A stretch of 64,000 nucleotides of DNA from a virus: IMG/VR virus record IMGVR_UViG_3300032050_000024, positions 66,640 through 130,639 of that record. The stretch is one strand, 5' to 3'. The notes below the pieces were generated by a model that had not been told where the DNA came from, did not search any database, and was given only the letters and a program-made list of their open reading frames with translations. The stretch's first letter is position 1, and each line of letters begins with the position of its first letter. This document shows, one piece after another, positions 30,078 to 39,037 of this stretch. The translations under genes and the position numbers were made by a program.

Positions 30078-33000
30078 TTAGTTACACATAATCTGGCTGA
30101 AACCGTTTGTCTTGTTAACTTCAATCAATCTATCAACCATATCTCGCATAGAATCAACATGAGATATAATAATTGAAAAATCAAACTTAGTACGAAAATA
30201 ATCAAACAGATTTACTACAGAAGAAATATGATCTGCATCTAAAGAACCCCAGCCTTCGTCAATTGCAATAAAATTAGGACGAGGAAGAGCTGATACATTT
30301 ATAAGTGCTATGCGAATTGCTAATGATGAAATAAAACGTTCCATTCCGCTTGTTAATTCTAATGGCCAAAAATTATCTTCATCATAAATAATATATCCAT
30401 TAATATTTTTACCATCCGTATTCAATACCATATTAAATTCAACTATTTGATTGAGTACGTTGTTTATTTCTGCTTCAATTTTTGGAAGAGCTTTTGTAAC
30501 TAATTCATATGGAATACCATCTCTTTTAACTGCATCTAAATAATATTCATATGCTTTGTATTCCGTTTCCAATTGTTTGTATTTTTCTAACTGTTGTAAT
30601 GCAGTTGATTTGTTTGTTTTTGCTACTTCAATTGCACCATGTTGATTTTTAATATCATTTTGAATTATTTTTATTTTTTCAGATATATCAAATATTTGAG
30701 TTTTACATGTTTGAATATCCGAATCAATTATTACATTATGATTAATAGCTGTTTCATTTTTTCTGAATAATTCCTGACGTTCTACAACTGTTTCTAATTC
30801 AGATTCACGGGTTTGCAAATCACTTTCTAATATTTGAAGTTGAAGTTCATTTCGCTCTGCAATTATTTTTTTAGTTGCAATATTATTTTTAAGTTTGTTA
30901 TATTGCTCAGTTAATTCAAATACAGGTTTTAATGTTTCTAATTCTAAATTTAATTCATGTATTTGTTGATTTATATTTTCTAATAACAATTTATCTGTAT
31001 CAATTGTATTTTGTGCTTCGATTGCATTTTGTACAAAAACGTTAGATGTACAGTATTTGCATTCCGGATCATATTCATGTGTTGCAAGGTGATCAATTTT
31101 TTCTTGTTTGCCATTTACGATTTCCTTTTGTTGTCTGTATTTTTGTAAAAGTATATTGACTGAATGTTCTTTTGAAGAATATTGTTTTGTTTTTTCATTG
31201 ATATCTTCAATATCAAATTGTTTTAATTGTTGTTTTAATGTATCTATTTCTGCTAGTAATATTTCTAAATCTTGTTCTGCAGTTTCAATATCCGTTTGAA
31301 TTGATTCAACATGTTGTATTAAATCATTTTCTTGTTGTTTCAATTCATTAATATCTGGGCCATCATACGTAGTAGGTTGTTTAGTTTCAATTAAAGAAAC
31401 AATTGCCTCTTGCAAAGTATTACGTTGATCTTGCAATTTATCTTCTTGTTCTTCTAGTTGTGCAATATTATCTTGGTTTGCTGTAATAATTTCATCAGCT
31501 TGAACAATTATTTCAGCAAAATCCGTTTTCTTGTAATCTTTTAATCGACCAGCTGTTTCTTTTATTTCATCTGCAGAAAGTTGATAAAGTTGTTCAAATA
31601 CTGTAATATCTAAAAATTGTGAAAGTAAATCTTTACGTTCTTTTTGTGATTTTTCAATAAAATTATTATTGTCTGCTTGAAGTGAAAATGCAGTTAAAAT
31701 AAAATCATCATACGTACCTAGGTAACGACGTATATTTTTATTTGTATCACTTCGTTCTTCTCCGTTTAAATTTTCTGAATCAGTATAAAAATCTACATCT
31801 ACTTTTACGTGTGTTTCTTTCTTTTTATTTTGCGTTCCGCGTCTTTCAATTGTATACACAGTACCATTCATTTCAAAACGAAATACACCTCGGAACCATG
31901 TTTTTTTGTTGTTTAAAACTTCATTTGCTTTGCCTGTTTTACTACATTTATCAAAAATGGTATAAGTAATTGCATCAAGCAAACTAGATTTTCCTGAGGT
32001 ATTTGCAGCAAATAATCCACATACATCTGCTAAGTTTTCAAAGTTTAAAACATTGCCTTCTCCATATGAAAACATGTTATCAAACTCAAAAGAAATAGGA
32101 TGCCATGTTACATGACGGATTGATTCTACTGCTGGTAATTTTGAATTTATTGTTCGATTGATGTGTCTGATTGCATCAACTTCTTGTGCTGTTGCTTGAG
32201 GAAAATGATTGTCAATATAATCAGAAAGAAGTACATTTTGATATTCAACATCTCGAACGTTTCCGATAGCTAACGGTGTTGAAGAATTGCTTTGATTGTT
32301 TGCAATAGTTCGTTGAATAGTAATGTCTTGCACATCATATTTTTTACGAATAGTTGCAATAAGTTTTTTCATATCTGCAGCACTCGTTTCATTAAATTTA
32401 ATACGAATCCTAGGTTTGACAGGCATACGATGTGGGTGTGCTACAATTTGATTTTTATCAATTTCAATTGTTACATATCCATAATCATTATCAATTTGAG
32501 CAAACTTCGCACTACATGTTGCAACGTCCCAAACAAGTATTCCATGATCTAATGCTTCTCCATGATTTTGTTGAATAAGTGAACCTGGATATGCAATTGT
32601 TCCATATGCATCTAAAAATTGTGCCGGTTTATGAATATCACCTAACAATGTAATGTCATGTCCTGCAAATAAATCTGTTGTTACATGTTCATTTGATATT
32701 TGATAACCAATATCAGTTTTAGCAGTATTAACAGCACCATGGTGCAATGCAATTTTATATGTAGCATCAAATTGATCAGCACGTACATAATCTGCAGGTG
32801 TCTTATCAACAGCCATATGATTCCAAACACAACCACCTAATTCAAAAAGTCCATTGTCTTTTACAAAATGAATATTTGGATTTTGTATAACATCTAGTAC
32901 CGGACTTACTGCATCAACACGGTGCATATTGTTAAGATTCATGTCATGGTTACCTAGAATAACAATGGTAGGTATTTTAAAACCATTAAAGAAATCAACT

Positions 33001-33224
33001 AGCATTTGTACTAGTTCTGGAGACATATCTAATTTGCTATGCACAATATCTCCAGTAACAACTGCTACACTATTTCCAGTGCAATGTGTTTCTATGTAAT
33101 TAAATAAATTTTCGAATACTTGTCGATATTCTCTATGTCTTTTTAAAGTACGAATATGTACGTCTGAAATGTGAAATATTTTGTCAATCATTTCAATTCC
33201 AGTATCAATGCGTTTTATGTCCAT
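30078..33224 (-). CDS. Fused Mre11-Rad50 (SbcD-SbcC, T4 gp47-gp46-like) recombination nuclease
   Basis: SDVH, TGDIVH, GNHD, LGDIH phosphoesterase motifs; then NTSGKSS Walker A, coiled coil with CKYC hook, TSGMER signature, IAIDEG Walker B, IISH. Confidence 0.92.
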   Translation of the reverse strand: MDIKRIDTGIEMIDKIFHISDVHIRTLKRHREYRQVFENLFNYIETHCTGNSVAVVTGDIVHSKLDMSPELVQMLVDFFNGFKIPTIVILGNHDMNLNNMHRVDAVSPVLDVIQNPNIHFVKDNGLFELGGCVWNHMAVDKTPADYVRADQFDATYKIALHHGAVNTAKTDIGYQISNEHVTTDLFAGHDITLLGDIHKPAQFLDAYGTIAYPGSLIQQNHGEALDHGILVWDVATCSAKFAQIDNDYGYVTIEIDKNQIVAHPHRMPVKPRIRIKFNETSAADMKKLIATIRKKYDVQDITIQRTIANNQSNSSTPLAIGNVRDVEYQNVLLSDYIDNHFPQATAQEVDAIRHINRTINSKLPAVESIRHVTWHPISFEFDNMFSYGEGNVLNFENLADVCGLFAANTSGKSSLLDAITYTIFDKCSKTGKANEVLNNKKTWFRGVFRFEMNGTVYTIERRGTQNKKKETHVKVDVDFYTDSENLNGEERSDTNKNIRRYLGTYDDFILTAFSLQADNNNFIEKSQKERKDLLSQFLDITVFEQLYQLSADEIKETAGRLKDYKKTDFAEIIVQADEIITANQDNIAQLEEQEDKLQDQRNTLQEAIVSLIETKQPTTYDGPDINELKQQENDLIQHVESIQTDIETAEQDLEILLAEIDTLKQQLKQFDIEDINEKTKQYSSKEHSVNILLQKYRQQKEIVNGKQEKIDHLATHEYDPECKYCTSNVFVQNAIEAQNTIDTDKLLLENINQQIHELNLELETLKPVFELTEQYNKLKNNIATKKIIAERNELQLQILESDLQTRESELETVVERQELFRKNETAINHNVIIDSDIQTCKTQIFDISEKIKIIQNDIKNQHGAIEVAKTNKSTALQQLEKYKQLETEYKAYEYYLDAVKRDGIPYELVTKALPKIEAEINNVLNQIVEFNMVLNTDGKNINGYIIYDEDNFWPLELTSGMERFISSLAIRIALINVSALPRPNFIAIDEGWGSLDADHISSVVNLFDYFRTKFDFSIIISHVDSMRDMVDRLIEVNKTNGFSQIMCN

Positions 33225-34159
33225 ATCATTCCCATTCTTAACTCCATCACACGTTCAAATGTTAATAAGTCAGTATTTTCTATAATTTCTGTAATTTTTT
33301 CAAATCCTAATTCTGATGCATCTTGATCTTGCAATTCAACAAAGTAAACATTTAAGCCTTCTGCCATGAAACGTTCTGCAATTGTTAGTGCATTTTTCAA
33401 AGCATCTGCATCTAAACAAATATAAATGTTTCGTACTCGTTCTTCGATAATTTTCTTTTGCAACGCCGGTTGTATAATTTTTCCAAATAAAGGTATTGCA
33501 TTGCGTTTAACTGCAATTGCATCAAATGAACCTTCACAAAGTATAATGGGTTGTGACCAATTGATAGTCATTTCAAAACCAATTATGTCTTTTGATATTT
33601 TAGGATTTTTATGTTTTTGTTTGTCGGCTTTGTAAAATGCTCGACTTACAAAATAATTTAGTTGTCCGTCGCGATCATAACTTGGAATAATTATCTTGCC
33701 AGAATATTCTCCTGTTTCACAATATCCGATTCTGTATTTCAAAATATCAAACACCGTTATACCTCGTTGTGTTAAGTAATGAATTGCATTGCGATAATCA
33801 GGTGTTGATTTTTTTATCCAAAGTGGTGCATATTCTGCCGGAAGTTGAATTGTTTGATTTGTTTTTGTTTCTTTAGGATCAACTCTATATTTTGCTGATT
33901 CAATTATGCGATTAAGTTGTTCAAAACGCTCTTTAGGTAAATTTAATTGCTTAAATAAAGTTTGAATGCTTTTACCTTTCTTATCACTAATCCAACAGTG
34001 CCATGTATAGTTACCATGTTCATCAGGCGTAGACCGTATTTCTAATTTAGGTTTGTAGTGTGATTGAAACGGTGAGAAAAATGAAATATTACCTCCGGAA
34101 GTCGGCTTACCTTTACCTAAAACAGATTCTAATAATTGAAGTAACTTTAAATTCTTCAT
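33215..34159 (-). CDS. DNA primase (DnaG/TOPRIM type)
   Basis: YLTQRGI, IIIP, ILCEGSFDA, CLDADA, DASE TOPRIM motifs. Confidence 0.88.
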   Translation of the reverse strand: MKNLKLLQLLESVLGKGKPTSGGNISFFSPFQSHYKPKLEIRSTPDEHGNYTWHCWISDKKGKSIQTLFKQLNLPKERFEQLNRIIESAKYRVDPKETKTNQTIQLPAEYAPLWIKKSTPDYRNAIHYLTQRGITVFDILKYRIGYCETGEYSGKIIIPSYDRDGQLNYFVSRAFYKADKQKHKNPKISKDIIGFEMTINWSQPIILCEGSFDAIAVKRNAIPLFGKIIQPALQKKIIEERVRNIYICLDADALKNALTIAERFMAEGLNVYFVELQDQDASELGFEKITEIIENTDLLTFERVMELRMGMIWT

Positions 34160-34166
34160 ATACTTT

Positions 34167-34195
34167 ATAATAAAGAATTACTGTAAGGAATCCAA
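34167..34195 (-). promoter_or_regulatory. Sigma70-type promoter TTGGAT-N17-TATTAT upstream of primase
   Basis: Matches the repeated consensus; a second copy TTTGAT-N17-TATATT lies at 34317-34345. Confidence 0.6.
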
Positions 34196-34350
34196 TGAAT
34201 ATTAATTATTATTATAATATTAATTAGATACATACATTAACATTACTGATCTAATGATTTCATTACATTAACATTACATTCAATCTATTAATTAAATAAT
34301 TTCATTAATTATCATGAATATATTATTTTTTATTGTAAAATCAAACCAAT

Positions 34351-34830
34351 TTAAAAAAACTTTTTTACTTCACGCGGACTTTCACCGGATTTTACACATT
34401 CTGCTAACCATTCTGCAGGTATATCTTTTTTTGCAACATGAGTTATTCCTAGTTTTAATGCAAATTCAGCATATGTAGTTTTGCTTGTTTTTGACAAACG
34501 TTGATTAGGATTTTGAAATACCATTCGAATGTCAATACCAGGATTTGATTGTAGCACATGTTTCATTTTAGTACGATCTGCTGTAGTCCATCGTCCTTTT
34601 GTTTCAACAAACATTAAATGTCCATTACGTTTAGTAAATACGAAGTCAGGTGTATATTTTGCTTTACGTTCCGGTACTATATAATTTACGGTTTCTGTTT
34701 CATATTTCAAATCATATTCAGTAGTTTTTATCCATTCTGCTACTGTATGTTCTAAACCTGATTTATAACCATATTTAAGTGCAGCTGCTCGTTTAGAATT
34801 CCCTGCACTATGAAAGTGATTTTTTTTCAT
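34351..34830 (-). CDS. T7 endonuclease I-like Holliday junction resolvase
   Basis: YKSGLE, YTPDF, VETKGRW, IRMVFQ, IPAEW; alternative start 34851. Confidence 0.88.
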   Translation of the reverse strand: MKKNHFHSAGNSKRAAALKYGYKSGLEHTVAEWIKTTEYDLKYETETVNYIVPERKAKYTPDFVFTKRNGHLMFVETKGRWTTADRTKMKHVLQSNPGIDIRMVFQNPNQRLSKTSKTTYAEFALKLGITHVAKKDIPAEWLAECVKSGESPREVKKFF

Positions 34831-34840
34831 AACATTTTTT

Positions 34841-35386
34841 TTACCAATCAACTAATACCATTTTTCCGTTCCACATCATCATGTTATCGGAACTAAAATC
34901 TAAATCTAAATCAAATTCTTCAATTCCAATTTTTTGTATATCTCGCTGTAATGCACGTATAAAATTAACTAATTTAGTATTAGTATTACGAGCACCATCT
35001 GCATCTAAAAAATCAAATATTGAAACTTCTCCGCCTTCGCGTCGTGCATAATCTCCGTAACGTTTCATGAATTCATCAATCATTTGTCTGTCAGAATCTA
35101 GCAGTATATCTGCATTTGCTACTATAAACATATGTTCACGTTCATTTACGTAATATACAGGAATAAATGTAGTAAATTCAGACCAACGACCTACAATAAT
35201 TTTAGCTACTTCAAATTCATCTCGTTCTGTAGTAACTTTAAATACTTTATCTTCTCCATCTATTTCATATACACGAGCATTATCTCCGCTTCCTATAAAA
35301 CGGAATTGTTTATTTCGTATTTTATCCAATAATCGATTAATTTCTTTTTCAGATAATTCTCGTAAAAGTTTCTTTAAACGTATCAT
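34841..35386 (-). CDS. Minimal protein-kinase-like protein with MIRLKKLLRE leader
   Basis: IGSGDNARVY Gly loop, VFKVT lysine, DFSSDNMM catalytic loop, VLVDW metal-binding motif. Confidence 0.65.
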   Translation of the reverse strand: MIRLKKLLRELSEKEINRLLDKIRNKQFRFIGSGDNARVYEIDGEDKVFKVTTERDEFEVAKIIVGRWSEFTTFIPVYYVNEREHMFIVANADILLDSDRQMIDEFMKRYGDYARREGGEVSIFDFLDADGARNTNTKLVNFIRALQRDIQKIGIEEFDLDLDFSSDNMMMWNGKMVLVDW

Positions 35387-37011
35387 GATATATTCTTATC
35401 TAAATCTATTCTTATTAAAAAATTCATATCAACATCCGTACGTTTTCTTACAGGCTGTGCTAATTTACCTATTGCTAATAATTGGCCGGCATTATTATAC
35501 AATCCAACTGTTGTTATGTAAGGAGCAAAGGCACTACTAGTAGCAAATGTTTTAAAAGTTTTGTCATCATCTATTGTTAATGATAAATTTGATGAAATAT
35601 TAAAATCTCCAGAATCGATTTTTGCTACAACGCCTAATTCATGAATAGTTTTAGTACTACGATATGACGCTGTATATGGTAAATTTAATATGTTATTAAA
35701 ACGGTAATCAGATGTAGAAATTACAGCTAAGCCTTGTTTTGAAAAAACGTTTCCTACGTGATTAGTTTGCATAAACGAACCGCCCTCTGTTCTATCTGCT
35801 AAATAACCAATTTCTGCAGAAGTTAATGACTTATTAAATATACGTATTTCATCTAATTGTCCATTCATATGTGAACTAGATTCCCAACCGCCAATATATA
35901 ACGGATCTAGATTATCAATTCTTGCCGAAGCTGTAAATGGAGAATTTGTATCAATCAATAAGTTATTAGTAATAGAATTATCTAAATTACCATCTATCCA
36001 AATTTCCATTGTACTACCAGATTTTTGACATACTACATGCGTATGATTTAAAGCATCAACTGTAATAGTAGATGTTACATATGATTTAAACGTAGTGCTA
36101 CCAGCAATAGTAAAAACCAATTGATTAGTTGTATCAACTTCAATTTTAAATGGGTATTGCGGAGTAATTGAACTAGATGCTTTAGCTATAACTAAATCAT
36201 AATCACTACCAGTATTATTTGCATAAATCCAAAATGAAATTGCATAATCATGATTACGATTATAATATCCCGGCAATTCAGTTTTTATATAACTATTACC
36301 ATCAAATTGTGCTAATAAACCCACTGATTGTGTCGTCCCGGTTAATGTTTTAACACCTGGTTGATACATTACTCCTGCAGATTGATATTTAATTCTAGTA
36401 GTATCAAAATATTCATTAAAACCTTCATACCATTTTACGTCAGAAACTATAGATGCAGTATTAAAAGATGCATCATATAAATTTCCGTAACGATCTGATT
36501 TAATATATAAAGGTATTGTTGTAGAATATGAAGCAGTACCATATGAAGAAGATCCATATACACTTCCGGAATAATAACTTGCAGTCATCGTAAATGATGC
36601 CGGTTTAATTCCTTCTCCGATACGTATTTGCGGAAATGATAATATTGAAGCTGATTGATATAAATACTTTTTAGTGCGAGTTAAATCAGTTGGACCAAAT
36701 GTATTTGCTGGCTGTGTTTTGTATTTATAATAAGAATGATTAACAGAAAAATATGTTATAGTTTGTAAAGAGCCATCAATGTTTGTTAAATCATTATATG
36801 TTAATGTAGTTCCCAATGCCGGCAATACATTAATATCTGAATATATTGCGTGTAAAGGTAAAGCACTAGAAGTTTCACTTCCAGATATCGCAGTCCAAGA
36901 CTTATATGTTTGAAATGGAGTAACTTTTACATCAGATGAATCAATCTTTTTAAAGACTGTTGGATATACTCCCGTATACGTATCTTGTTCTTGTATTTTT
37001 GATTCTGCCAT
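35383..37011 (-). CDS. Structural protein with a LamG/concanavalin-like domain
   Basis: ISFWIY...HVV...IWIDG...LYIGG...GQLDEIRIFNKSL; C-terminal ITTVGLYN...LLAIGKL; start set at MAESK (37011) because the longer start lies inside a terminator. Confidence 0.75.
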   Translation of the reverse strand: MAESKIQEQDTYTGVYPTVFKKIDSSDVKVTPFQTYKSWTAISGSETSSALPLHAIYSDINVLPALGTTLTYNDLTNIDGSLQTITYFSVNHSYYKYKTQPANTFGPTDLTRTKKYLYQSASILSFPQIRIGEGIKPASFTMTASYYSGSVYGSSSYGTASYSTTIPLYIKSDRYGNLYDASFNTASIVSDVKWYEGFNEYFDTTRIKYQSAGVMYQPGVKTLTGTTQSVGLLAQFDGNSYIKTELPGYYNRNHDYAISFWIYANNTGSDYDLVIAKASSSITPQYPFKIEVDTTNQLVFTIAGSTTFKSYVTSTITVDALNHTHVVCQKSGSTMEIWIDGNLDNSITNNLLIDTNSPFTASARIDNLDPLYIGGWESSSHMNGQLDEIRIFNKSLTSAEIGYLADRTEGGSFMQTNHVGNVFSKQGLAVISTSDYRFNNILNLPYTASYRSTKTIHELGVVAKIDSGDFNISSNLSLTIDDDKTFKTFATSSAFAPYITTVGLYNNAGQLLAIGKLAQPVRKRTDVDMNFLIRIDLDKNIS

Positions 37012-37018
37012 GATTAGT

Positions 37019-37049
37019 AAAAACCCGTTATACATATAAATATAACGGG
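37019..37049 (-). terminator. Intrinsic terminator containing the ATATTTAT promoter motif
   Basis: CCCGTTATA-TTTATATG-TATAACGGG-TTTTT, perfect 9-bp stem. Confidence 0.75.
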
Positions 37050-37068
37050 CTCAAATTACTGTTAATTT

Positions 37069-38331
37069 TTAATAATCTAATTTAACTCTAATCAATGCTT
37101 CTCGTTGGAATGATTTCAATAATGGTTTAGAAAGTTTTGCAACTGCTAATAATTCTTGTGAATCATTATATAAACCAACCGTTGTAATATATGTTTTAGG
37201 ATCTCCAATAAATGTTGATTGTGCTACTTGTCCAACACTTCCTGTAACATATGAAGGATTATTAGAAAAGTTATATTCTGCATTTTTAACACGCACAAAA
37301 TAATGTGTACTTGTTACTTTTTCTGAATTACGTGCTAAGAAACCATAATTATCACTTGTTGCAGGATTTGTAAAATATGATGAACCTGATATTGAATGGA
37401 ACAATACAAAATGATTATTTCCTTCTGAACTAGAACCAGTATTAGTTGCAAATCCTAATTGTTGATCTAACATTTTTCCATCTAGTATTAAAGTACCATA
37501 ATCTGGATATGCTAATCCATAATAAACTGGTGCTGTTGAATTAAATACCCCACTATTAATAGATCCAGAAACTATATTATAAACTTTTCCAGAGTCGCCA
37601 ATTGTAGCAGATGATATTGAAGAATCATCAATCAATGATATAATATTACTACCAGTTGCAACAGAACCTGTTGCATTAGTAGCTCTAGATGAAATTGATA
37701 TTAATGGTAATTCCCAATTTCCAGCATCTAATCGCTCTTTTAAACGATTACGTTTGAAATTAACTACATAAATATAATCAGTACTACCGGATCCGGCTGT
37801 TGTAAAACGAGTATCAGTTGGAGATAAAAGCAATTGTCGATATTGTGAATAAATTGCTTTACTTGGAGAATCATTAAGTTGTCCTTGAGAGTCAGATCCA
37901 CTTCCTAATGCATGACCAAATGCTAATGAAAATTGAACAGCAGAACCTGTTGCTGTAGTAGCTTTATGATATACATCAACATAATAACGACGTTGCGATG
38001 TAGTTTGCGTTGAAGATGTAAAAAATGTTTCTAAACTTGCTACATTATCAGACCATAATCCTGCAGTAACCGTTTCTATTTGATTAGAAATGACATCATT
38101 TACTGTATCAAATTTTGTATATGTTCTACCATTACGAGCTAATATTTGTGTTTGTTGCATTTCTGCAACCATTTGGTTTGCAAGTTGTTGAGCTAATTGT
38201 TGTACTTGATCTGTAATAGCAGACGTTGCATTTACAGCTACTCCTACATCACGCGGCGTTGTAGTTTGATTTGTAGCAATTCGTGGAACACCTCCATGGC
38301 GTGGTTGAGATTTTAAATTCATATAATTCAT
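37069..38331 (-). CDS. Baseplate/tail structural protein
   Basis: 420 aa; C-terminal YITTVGLYND..ELLAVAKLSKP shared with the neighbouring gene. Confidence 0.65.
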   Translation of the reverse strand: MNYMNLKSQPRHGGVPRIATNQTTTPRDVGVAVNATSAITDQVQQLAQQLANQMVAEMQQTQILARNGRTYTKFDTVNDVISNQIETVTAGLWSDNVASLETFFTSSTQTTSQRRYYVDVYHKATTATGSAVQFSLAFGHALGSGSDSQGQLNDSPSKAIYSQYRQLLLSPTDTRFTTAGSGSTDYIYVVNFKRNRLKERLDAGNWELPLISISSRATNATGSVATGSNIISLIDDSSISSATIGDSGKVYNIVSGSINSGVFNSTAPVYYGLAYPDYGTLILDGKMLDQQLGFATNTGSSSEGNNHFVLFHSISGSSYFTNPATSDNYGFLARNSEKVTSTHYFVRVKNAEYNFSNNPSYVTGSVGQVAQSTFIGDPKTYITTVGLYNDSQELLAVAKLSKPLLKSFQREALIRVKLDY

Positions 38332-38343
38332 TTTTTTAACCTA

Positions 38344-38994
38344 TTATATAGTTGCAGTTGTTGCTTTTTTAACAGTTAATGTAATAGTTACACTACCGCC
38401 CGTTTCATTACCGATTACGGTAATAGTTGCAGTTTTGTCTTCAATCATTTGTGTTTTAGCAACAATACGGAATTCAAATCCAGCAACTGCAACACTTTGT
38501 GCATCTTCATTATCTCCAATAAATCTAGGCGTAGTTGGAAGAGTTGAATTTTGTAACGCTCTCGTTACTTGAATATCACAAACTGTTGAATCTGATAATA
38601 TTGCTGTATATCCTAGATTAGCATTTCCTCCTTGGAAATTGCTTGTATTAGGAGCAATAATTGAAGAATCTCCAGGTGCTGCTAATGTAATTGCAGTGTT
38701 ACCAACAGTTACAACTGGTATATTAGTTGTTTGTTTTGGCAATGTAATTAATTTGTATTTTAATGCTTGAGTTTCATCTGGAATTGCTTCTGTGATAGGC
38801 ATATTTTCTATAATAGTACCATAATATTCAGTTCCAAGTGGATGATCTGGATTCCATAATGTGTAATCAATTTCATCATCTCCTAAAGCAAACTGTGTAA
38901 TTTTAAATGCATTGCCACCTTTTGCTAGTAATTCTCGACCTTTTAATGTTAAGATTGCGTCGATCGTAACGCTAGAATTATCTAAGTATCCCAT
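38344..38994 (-). CDS. Baseplate/tail structural protein
   Basis: DAILTLKGRELLA...ITQFALGDDEIDY fibre-attachment-type N-terminus. Confidence 0.65.
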   Translation of the reverse strand: MGYLDNSSVTIDAILTLKGRELLAKGGNAFKITQFALGDDEIDYTLWNPDHPLGTEYYGTIIENMPITEAIPDETQALKYKLITLPKQTTNIPVVTVGNTAITLAAPGDSSIIAPNTSNFQGGNANLGYTAILSDSTVCDIQVTRALQNSTLPTTPRFIGDNEDAQSVAVAGFEFRIVAKTQMIEDKTATITVIGNETGGSVTITLTVKKATTATI

Positions 38995-39037
38995 AATGTT
39001 TTAACCTTATTTCATATAAATATATGTCGTATAAAAT

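Noticed and set aside
33980-34159. Primase pseudogene, because the N-terminal zinc-binding motif is degenerate (SPFQSH...CWIS)
   Set aside because: The ORF is intact with complete TOPRIM motifs and its own promoter; more likely a natural variant.
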